The position numbers and the translations under genes were made by a program. The notes beneath the pieces were generated by a model. It searched no databases and was not told the DNA's origin. It was given only the letters and a program-made list of their open reading frames with translations. Positions 57,426-64,000 of a stretch of DNA of 64,000 bases are shown one piece after another. Every line of letters begins with the position of its first letter. Position 1 is the stretch's first letter. The DNA lies in NCBI GenBank assembly GCA_964448685.1, contig CAYUWR010000011.1, positions 23,007-87,006 on the forward strand. The letters are read 5' to 3'. The DNA comes from an uncultured Nitrososphaeria archaeon (GTDB taxonomy: Archaea; Thermoproteota; Nitrososphaeria; JACIWG01).

Positions 57426-57587
57426 ATGAAAAATATTGCATATTGGATCTATAAGAAACTTGTCATGCAAGTCGTCGAACCGAGCCTCAGCGATGTTGCC
57501 AAGAACACCCTTTTCCGTATCTATAAGAGGCTCATCATGGACATAGTGGATCCAGAGTTTAGCTATGTTATGGAGAAGTTCTCTTGA
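57426..57587 (+). CDS. candidate 53-aa small protein containing a tandem 17-aa repeat
   Basis: MKNIAYW-[IYKKLVMQVVEPSLSDV]-AKNTLFR-[IYKRLIMDIVDPEFSYV]-MEKFS. The two 51-nt repeat copies differ mainly at third codon positions of this frame (CTT/CTC, GTC/GTG, CCG/CCA). That favours the plus frame over the overlapping minus ORF 57336..57644. Confidence 0.35.
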   Translation: MKNIAYWIYKKLVMQVVEPSLSDVAKNTLFRIYKRLIMDIVDPEFSYVMEKFS

Positions 57588-57711
57588 AACGTATTCTGAG
57601 AAACTAGTTGCTCTGCTTTTGCGCCTCAATATGTCATCTAACAAACAGGCAGCACATGTTCAGACGTCGACAAAACAGTAAATTGAAGTCCAAACTTTTT
57701 AAGCTTAAACC

Positions 57712-59058
57712 TTGGATGTTATTGGCCATATGGATAAGAAGGGAAATAACACCATGAACATGAAGTCAGAGAAGATTGCAGATTTTGGCCCCAAACATGG
57801 AAAATGCATAGGCATCATGCATTACACCGCACCTCCGACCGAAATAGGTGGAGTGGAGATGGTGATATCAGCTCATGTCAGATTCTTGTCAAGGAAAGGT
57901 TACAAGGTTCATCTTATTTTTGGCTCAGGTGGAAGATTCAAAGACATCAACATCGTTGAACATAAAGTGGATATCTTGTCGCCCAACTCTGACAGAGTTC
58001 TTGCTGTTCAAGGGCAGATTGTAAATGAAGGGAGAGAAACTGAAGCCTTCAAAGAACTCAAGATGAAGCTTAAAGCCAGACTGAAGGCGATCTTATCAGA
58101 CTTAGACACCTGCATCGTCCATAATATTCCCTCTATGCCTTTCAATTTCGCGGCATCCGCGGCTATCAATGAATTGGTGAATGAGCTGGACACCAGGTTC
58201 ATATATTGGATACATGATATTGCACACCTTCGACCTGAATGGTCTGAGAGAATAGACCGTTTCCCGATGACCATTCTCCTTCCAAAGAATACCCGTATCA
58301 CGTATGTGACAGTTAGCAATTTCAGGGCTCAGCAACTGGAACAGCTTACACCACACTACGAGTTGGGGAAGATCCATGTTATTCCAAATGGCGTCGACGT
58401 TGAGGATTATCAGAAAATGGACAAGAACACGATTGGGCTCATGCACAAGCTTGGAGTCGCTTTTCAAGATCTTGTGATGCTGATTCCTGTTAGGGTCACG
58501 CCTAGGAAGAACATAGAGCTTGCTCTATCGGTAGCCGAGGAACTGAAGCATCTACTCGGTGATGGCAGATCTATAAAGGTCTTGATAACAGGGCCACCAG
58601 ACCACCAGGCAGTCAGCATGGGAATGAGGTATCTAGAATACTTGAATACAATAGTGAAAAGACGTGGACTTCAAGACAATGTGATATTCTGTCATGAACT
58701 CATTTCACATCAGCGGGTGTTTGAGAACAAGAGGGTTGTAAAATGGAGCGTGGGAGATGTATATACAATAGCGGATTTTGTCTTCGTTCCAAGTAGGGAA
58801 GAAGGTTTCGGCCTCCCTGTTATAGAAGCAGGAGTCGCTAGAAAAATGGTCTTCTGCGCGAGAATACCACCTTTTCAAGAACTTCTCAGGGAGGGAATTG
58901 ACGGATACATGTTCGACCTCCATGATGATCCCAAGAATATAGCATTTCGAATCTACAAGGAATTTGTCTTGGATGTGGTTGACTCCAACTTTAACAATGT
59001 CGTTAGGAAATTCTCTTGGGATACGATTCTTTCGAAGAAGCTTGTTCCTCTACTTTAG
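57712..59058 (+). CDS. GT4-family (GT-B fold) glycosyltransferase
   Basis: C-terminal EGFGLPVIEAGVA E-x7-E motif typical of GT4. The N-terminal GGVE nucleotide-sugar site. Confidence 0.8.
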   Translation: MDVIGHMDKKGNNTMNMKSEKIADFGPKHGKCIGIMHYTAPPTEIGGVEMVISAHVRFLSRKGYKVHLIFGSGGRFKDINIVEHKVDILSPNSDRVLAVQGQIVNEGRETEAFKELKMKLKARLKAILSDLDTCIVHNIPSMPFNFAASAAINELVNELDTRFIYWIHDIAHLRPEWSERIDRFPMTILLPKNTRITYVTVSNFRAQQLEQLTPHYELGKIHVIPNGVDVEDYQKMDKNTIGLMHKLGVAFQDLVMLIPVRVTPRKNIELALSVAEELKHLLGDGRSIKVLITGPPDHQAVSMGMRYLEYLNTIVKRRGLQDNVIFCHELISHQRVFENKRVVKWSVGDVYTIADFVFVPSREEGFGLPVIEAGVARKMVFCARIPPFQELLREGIDGYMFDLHDDPKNIAFRIYKEFVLDVVDSNFNNVVRKFSWDTILSKKLVPLL

Positions 59059-59073
59059 TCTATCGGCGCAACT

Positions 59074-60510
59074 CTATACCTTGGCGATCAGTTCCGCTGC
59101 TAAGAGGCGGCTATAAGTGGACTGATTGGCTCGTCTCTTAAGCATCGTACTTAAAGCAAGATAATCTATCTTGTCGATCGCCTTACTCCACGCAGGTAAT
59201 CTGTTGGCCGAAGGCGTCAGACCCCTTGCTGTATCAGCGATGGTGGAGGCGAATAGATCAAGCCGAGCCCTGTCTGACATACCCGCATACAATACTGGCT
59301 CCCTTATCTCTTTCCTCGCCGTTCTCTTGAGTCTACCAAATATCTTGCGGTATTCTGAAGTCAGGGCGTTAGCCTCTCTTCTATACTGCTCGACAAGATT
59401 GTCGATCTCTTCTTCTGACAGGTGTATCCCCTTAGCATCTAATAGAGAGAGACAGTATCTTGTGATCTGCTCCACCATATTTTGAAGCCCCTTAATAGAT
59501 TGCCCAATATGATAAAAGAGATCTAAGTCCACCTGGCCCACAGCCTGAAGCCCATATCTTCTAATAACTTGATGTAGTAAAGCGATTTCAACACTGTAGT
59601 CGTATGGGAATTCGAGGCGCTCAAGTGCTTCTCGAACTATCGCGCTTTCTCCTGAGAGAGGATACCTGATGGTGTCTAAGCCGAGAAAGATCTCAGGATA
59701 GTTCCTAGCGAGTATCTTCATAAGAGGTATAGCGAAGAGCCTTGTAGTCCTTCCTCCAAAGACATACTCCTTCCTTGGAGATTCGTACCTCAAAGTGAGC
59801 CTTCTATAGAACGCCTTAACCATTTTCAGTTTAGAGTGGGTGTCTGCAGTAGACCTTACCAAAGGATGACAAAGCGCAACCAACATTTCTTTCCTGAAAT
59901 TCATGATATCGGAGTCGAGAAAGCAGATAATGTCCCCCTTCACCAAAGGTGCCGACAGCCAAAGTGCAGTTCCTTTCCCCTGTGGAACACCTTCTAATCC
60001 AACTATATCGAGGATCTTGTATGAAATCGCAAGTTTTGAGATGTTAGGGTCAAATTGATGAACTACTTTCACGAAGAAGTCGAAGAAGCCTCTGCTTGCG
60101 TGGAGAGATTCAGCCCTACTTGAGGCTATCAGGCCGACTTCCCTCCTGAAGAGGCTAAGGTGTAGATAGGCTGTTCTGATCACCTTAGTTAGAACGCTGT
60201 AATCTGGCTTAGAGTTTTTGTCGACAGAGGCGTCTATTACAATGATTTCATCGACGTATCCGAGATCTGCGAGCCCACTGCATTCCTTCAAGAGGCGGCC
60301 AAGTGTTTCAAGCTCCTTTCTTTTCGTCTTTCGTCCGACATCGATCTTGGTCGGTATGACTATCGATATCATTATAGGCCTTTTCAGTCCTGCTTCATCT
60401 GTGACCATGGTGTCCAGCTTTTCCTCTACACATTCTCGTATGCCGACATCGGAGACTGAACCGAGGATAGAGGCCTGTGTATGCCCATTGTCTTGAATCA
60501 TAGAACCCAA
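59074..60510 (-). CDS. GT-A-fold glycosyltransferase with a DxD motif (glycosyl-3-phosphoglycerate synthase-like)
   Basis: ISIVIPTK...VIDASVDKN...FLDSDI (DxD) and a long alpha-helical C-terminal extension. Family assignment is tentative. Confidence 0.55.
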   Translation of the reverse strand: MGSMIQDNGHTQASILGSVSDVGIRECVEEKLDTMVTDEAGLKRPIMISIVIPTKIDVGRKTKRKELETLGRLLKECSGLADLGYVDEIIVIDASVDKNSKPDYSVLTKVIRTAYLHLSLFRREVGLIASSRAESLHASRGFFDFFVKVVHQFDPNISKLAISYKILDIVGLEGVPQGKGTALWLSAPLVKGDIICFLDSDIMNFRKEMLVALCHPLVRSTADTHSKLKMVKAFYRRLTLRYESPRKEYVFGGRTTRLFAIPLMKILARNYPEIFLGLDTIRYPLSGESAIVREALERLEFPYDYSVEIALLHQVIRRYGLQAVGQVDLDLFYHIGQSIKGLQNMVEQITRYCLSLLDAKGIHLSEEEIDNLVEQYRREANALTSEYRKIFGRLKRTARKEIREPVLYAGMSDRARLDLFASTIADTARGLTPSANRLPAWSKAIDKIDYLALSTMLKRRANQSTYSRLLAAELIAKV

Positions 60511-60515
60511 TGATA

Positions 60516-61169
60516 TTAACGGATCATCTTATTTAAGTCTAAGGCAAGTAGGTCTTCGAAACTGTAGACCACAAGTTTGCAGACGTCAACTAGAGGCTTG
60601 CTTCTAGGCTTGAACGCGATGGGAAGATCTGATTCTGTGCTCATACAATAATCACCGTCTCCGTCACCCAATGTGATAACTGGACCCCCATACTTTTTCT
60701 TGCATTCACGAAGAAACCATAGTTTGCATGTGTAGAACCGCTTACAGCCTGGGATTTCCAGGCATCTGTAGGGGGATAGAATCCTGCCTGTGAACCTCCC
60801 CTTCAGGATTTGTATCTTGTGCCCGTAAACTAGGTCGATTCCAAGTCTCTGAGCTAGCCTTCTGGCCAAGAACTCATAGGAGTCAGTAGCTATACTGGTC
60901 ACAAACCCGTTCTGCTTGATGGATTTTATGAACTCGCCTGCTCCAGCATTGGCGGGAATATTGTCGAAGACTGCTTCGATCTCGTGTATCGTCTTTCCTT
61001 TGAACAGGCCCGCGATCATCTCAGCTACTCTGAAGGCGGGAAGGTTGGAACTCTCTCTGTCTATCAGATCCAGCTCTTTCCTTAAACCAAATGAATCGCA
61101 CAGCTCGTCCACAGTCCTTCTTTCAAGCAAAGTACCGTCCATGTCGACGATCAGAACCGGCTTCAACAT
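60516..61169 (-). CDS. HAD-superfamily phosphatase
   Basis: LIVDMDGTLLE motif I, and later K and GDGDGD motifs. Sandwiched between glycosyltransferases. Confidence 0.8.
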   Translation of the reverse strand: MLKPVLIVDMDGTLLERRTVDELCDSFGLRKELDLIDRESSNLPAFRVAEMIAGLFKGKTIHEIEAVFDNIPANAGAGEFIKSIKQNGFVTSIATDSYEFLARRLAQRLGIDLVYGHKIQILKGRFTGRILSPYRCLEIPGCKRFYTCKLWFLRECKKKYGGPVITLGDGDGDYCMSTESDLPIAFKPRSKPLVDVCKLVVYSFEDLLALDLNKMIR

Positions 61170-62311
61170 CTAACACCATGATATTCGACCGCCTTCTCGT
61201 AGGCTGTCTCAACAACTTTGGCAACCCTATCCCAGGTAAAAAGCCTTCCAACCCTCTCACGGCCCGCTTTACCCATCACATAAGCCACATCTCTATTCTT
61301 CAACAGAAAGACGACTGATTTCGCCAATTTCCTCCAGTTTCTCGGAGGCACCAGAATGCCAGTGCGCTGGTCTTCAATAACTTCGGGTACAGCGCAGTTG
61401 TTGAAAGCCACAACCGGCTTCCCTACAGCTTGCGCTTCCGCTAGAGGGATCCCGAATCCCTCCCATAAGCTAGGAAAGCAGAAAACATCACATGAGGCGT
61501 AAAGCTGGGCAACTTCCTCATCAGGTACATAACCCATGAAGATGAACCGTTCTCTGACCCTCTGGTCAGCCAGAAGTCTGCTTATCTTCAACGTATCATG
61601 TCTAGAGGCTCCACCCACCAGAAAGTATGCGTCAGGGACTTCTCTCAAAATCAGAGGCGCTGCCTGAAGCATAAATTCAACCCCCTTGTAGGGCACCAGA
61701 CGGCCCAAGAAGAGGACCACAGGCTTGCTTCCGAGCTTGAAGCGGTCTCTTATACTTTCGCCACTTACATGTGGACTGAACCTTTCCAGGTCGACACCAT
61801 TGTAACATACCAAAATGCGTTCACTCGGGAACAGGTACTTTTCTGCCAGCTCCCGCTTCAAGTATTCGCTCACCGTGAGAGCATAGTCGATACCATATCT
61901 TGCAGCAAGAAAGGTTCCAATTCTATGGTCGATCATCTTTAACATCTGACGGCCACTACTCCAAACATTGACCGGGGCAAAACCGTGATATGTGAACACG
62001 TGAGGCTTTTCCTTCAAGAAATGGGATACACAACCCGCAAAAACACCAGGATGATATTGTGTATGCACTAGATCAAAGTCTTGAACATTTCCAACAACAG
62101 AGAAAGCGAAAGAAAGGTGTCTTACAAATGGGAGATCCTTCAGGGGGTCGTCTACGACAGTAACAGGAATGCCTCCCATGTCTTCGAAAACGTGCCTGCA
62201 AAAGACCTGTATGTCATAGCCTCTGGACATAAGCTGCCTAGAGGTCTCCCTAATATGCACAGCCTGTCCAGATCCCTTATTCAAAGTTGTCCTTATTACG
62301 GCTATTCTCAC
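61163..62311 (-). CDS. GT4-family glycosyltransferase
   Basis: EGFGIPLAEAQAVGKPVVA E-x7-E motif and GGVE-like N-terminal site. Overlaps the HAD gene by 7 nt. Confidence 0.85.
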   Translation of the reverse strand: MRIAVIRTTLNKGSGQAVHIRETSRQLMSRGYDIQVFCRHVFEDMGGIPVTVVDDPLKDLPFVRHLSFAFSVVGNVQDFDLVHTQYHPGVFAGCVSHFLKEKPHVFTYHGFAPVNVWSSGRQMLKMIDHRIGTFLAARYGIDYALTVSEYLKRELAEKYLFPSERILVCYNGVDLERFSPHVSGESIRDRFKLGSKPVVLFLGRLVPYKGVEFMLQAAPLILREVPDAYFLVGGASRHDTLKISRLLADQRVRERFIFMGYVPDEEVAQLYASCDVFCFPSLWEGFGIPLAEAQAVGKPVVAFNNCAVPEVIEDQRTGILVPPRNWRKLAKSVVFLLKNRDVAYVMGKAGRERVGRLFTWDRVAKVVETAYEKAVEYHGVRC

Positions 62312-62407
62312 ATCCTCATAACCACTACCTAGCGATCACGTTTTCCAATATAAGGTTTTTAATTACCAGAAGACATATTTAAACCACGATGACAACCATG
62401 GTACAGA

Positions 62408-63622
62408 ATGGAAACTGTAAAAGAGTTTGTTGAGAGGATCAGACGTGCCGACATTTTGGTGGGCATACCATCCTACAACAATGAGTCGACAATTCAGAAT
62501 GTAGTAAGCCAAGTTGGAGAAGGATTAGCCATCTACTTTCCGGACAGACGTGGCGCCATCATCGTGTCTGATGGCAACTCACTGGATAGCACACGCGACA
62601 CAGCAGCGTCTACTCCACTTCCTAAGGACGTTGAGCTGCTCGTCACAACCTATGAAGGGACAGCCGGAAAGGGCTCGGCAATAAAACTGGTCTTTGAGCT
62701 AGCACGCAGACTGGGCTCTCAAGAAGTGGCTATGGTAGATTCTGACTTAAGAAGTATCATCCCAGAGTGGGTCCACCTTCTTGTTAAACCGTTGATCAAG
62801 GGGTTCGGGTTCGTAGCGCCAAGATATCTCAGATATAAGCATGATGGCACCATAACAAATCAGATAGCATATCCGATGACAACTGCCCTCTACGGCGTCG
62901 GTGTGCGTCAACCTATAGGCGGCGATTTTGGCCTGTCTCGAACGCTCGTTGACCTCATGCTCGAATCACCATTGTGGGCTACCCCCTACACACCGAGATT
63001 CGGAATAGACATTTCCATAACGCATACAGCGCTCGCGAATAAGTTGCCTGTTGCAGAAGCGTTACTAGGAGCAAAGGTACATGACGTAAAGGATCCCACG
63101 AGACATCTTGCACCGATGTTCAGACAGGTCGTCGGAGCACTATTCAACGCGATGAGCCTCTACGCCTATGTCTGGAAGCCGATAAAGGGCTTCAGGGAAA
63201 CAAAAGTATTCAAAGGACAGATTGAGCCCACACCACCTGAACCCTTCAAAGTAGACTATCAAGCAGCGTTTGCAGCATACACAAAAGGGGTCAGAGATCA
63301 CGCTTCAACCATCGCAAGGGTCTTGCCGGATGAACTTGTCGAGACAGCCATCAAATGTACAAAAGACCAAACGCCTATTTCAGCCAGAGATTGGGCTAAG
63401 ATTTCCTTCCATTTTGCCAAAAGCTGGATTTCATCTGCAGAAAATCAAAAGGAAGACATCATTGAAGCATACCGCATCCTCTGGATGGGGAGAGTAGCAA
63501 ACCATGTGAGAGACACACTTAACCTATCGGATGAAGAAGCGGAATCAATTACAAGGAGAGATGCAGAAACCTTCGTGGACCAGAAAGACTACCTTTTGTC
63601 TATCTGGGAAGACCGCCGGTAG
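62408..63622 (+). CDS. GT2-like (GT-A fold) glycosyltransferase
   Basis: LVGIPSYNNESTI and VSDGNSLDSTRD motifs with a DSD DxD motif. Divergent from the GT4 gene. Confidence 0.6.
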   Translation: METVKEFVERIRRADILVGIPSYNNESTIQNVVSQVGEGLAIYFPDRRGAIIVSDGNSLDSTRDTAASTPLPKDVELLVTTYEGTAGKGSAIKLVFELARRLGSQEVAMVDSDLRSIIPEWVHLLVKPLIKGFGFVAPRYLRYKHDGTITNQIAYPMTTALYGVGVRQPIGGDFGLSRTLVDLMLESPLWATPYTPRFGIDISITHTALANKLPVAEALLGAKVHDVKDPTRHLAPMFRQVVGALFNAMSLYAYVWKPIKGFRETKVFKGQIEPTPPEPFKVDYQAAFAAYTKGVRDHASTIARVLPDELVETAIKCTKDQTPISARDWAKISFHFAKSWISSAENQKEDIIEAYRILWMGRVANHVRDTLNLSDEEAESITRRDAETFVDQKDYLLSIWEDRR

Positions 63623-63767
63623 TCTCACATCGACAGATACTTGGAGCAAGCATCCAACATCAAACTTCATACGATGGAATTCGATCTAAGCCGAATCGTT
63701 AGAAAAAGGCGATGCAAACGAAATCATTTTATTATCCCATGAAGAACGTGAAAGGTTAACCGCTCCA

Positions 63768-64000
63768 GTGGGTTTGGTGACAGAACTGTTCGAGATCAGC
63801 CTGACTCTATCAAGATATGATCGATTCAGCGTCAACTATTGCCTTACGAGTGGCCAAATCTTCGGCTGGAAAAAGATAAAGGGGTACTGGTATGGAACTA
63901 GCAGAGGCAGACTGTTAAGAATCCACCAGACAGGTGAGGTTCTGCATGTGGCATCTAGCAAAGAGATCGGAGAGGATGAGGCTGTAAACTTTCTCGGATT
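63768..64000 (+). CDS. 3'-truncated ORF resembling the N-terminal domain of an Ogg-type 8-oxoguanine DNA glycosylase
   Basis: The open frame is 63690..64000 (runs off the window). It reads ...VGLVTELFEISLTLSRYDRFSVNYCLTSGQIFGWKKIKGYWYG... The SGQxFxW block resembles the Ogg1 N-domain. The only in-frame start candidates are GTG at 63768 and TTG/GTG at 63774/63777. Weak call. Confidence 0.35.
   Translation, partial: MGLVTELFEISLTLSRYDRFSVNYCLTSGQIFGWKKIKGYWYGTSRGRLLRIHQTGEVLHVASSKEIGEDEAVNFLG

Overview
This 64 kb window reads as archaeal chromosomal DNA. The evidence is TATA-like boxes about 25 nt upstream of apparently leaderless start codons, an archaeal-type tRNA-Gln, deoxyhypusine synthase, and a LysW-carrier amino-acid biosynthesis pathway. 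Genes are densely packed, often with 4-nt stop/start overlaps.

Main content:
- **2.8-13.3 kb:** a large arginine/lysine biosynthesis supercluster: argG-argH-lysW-lysX-lysY-lysZ-lysJ-lrp-homocitrate synthase-lysX'-lysK. It includes a 57-aa LysW gene that is missing from the ORF track.
- **13.3-15.6 kb:** a four-gene membrane-associated module of unknown function.
- **15.7-19.5 kb:** a ROK kinase, a TsaA/TrmO-like gene, HtpX, and an HAD hydrolase.
- **19.6-20.4 kb:** tRNA-Gln followed by a VapBC toxin-antitoxin pair.
- **20.7-23.3 kb:** an ArsR regulator divergent from a radical-SAM/SPASM enzyme, and a rubrerythrin.
- **23.5-25.9 kb:** a GalT-like enzyme and an HtrA-like protease.
- **26-30.5 kb:** an ABC transporter with an 800-aa repeat-domain surface protein.
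- **33.9-39.5 kb:** a Ca-type P-type ATPase translationally coupled to a 958-aa beta-propeller surface protein.
- **39.4-47.6 kb:** a gap-pgk operon with a class I (bacterial-type) GAPDH, sufCB, and PEP synthase.
- **47.6-50 kb:** an ABC exporter.
- **50-54.3 kb:** a lower-GC stretch carrying an ArsB/NhaD-like permease, an MscS-related membrane protein, an MscS-like gene remnant, and a winged-helix regulator split by an in-frame TAA.
- **54.3-57.1 kb:** deoxyhypusine synthase and tandem paralogous membrane proteins.
- **57.7-63.6 kb:** a cluster of four glycosyltransferases and an HAD phosphatase that could be a glycosyl-glycerate-type compatible-solute or glycoconjugate pathway.
- **63.8 kb to the window end:** a truncated Ogg-like ORF.

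No CRISPR array or obvious mobile element was found. The candidates most worth follow-up are the 13.3-15.6 kb four-gene membrane module and the ArsR/radical-SAM pair. Others are the tRNA-flanked VapBC, the low-GC decay zone with its in-frame-stop regulator, the small repeat-containing ORF at 57.4 kb, and the glycosyltransferase/phosphatase cluster.
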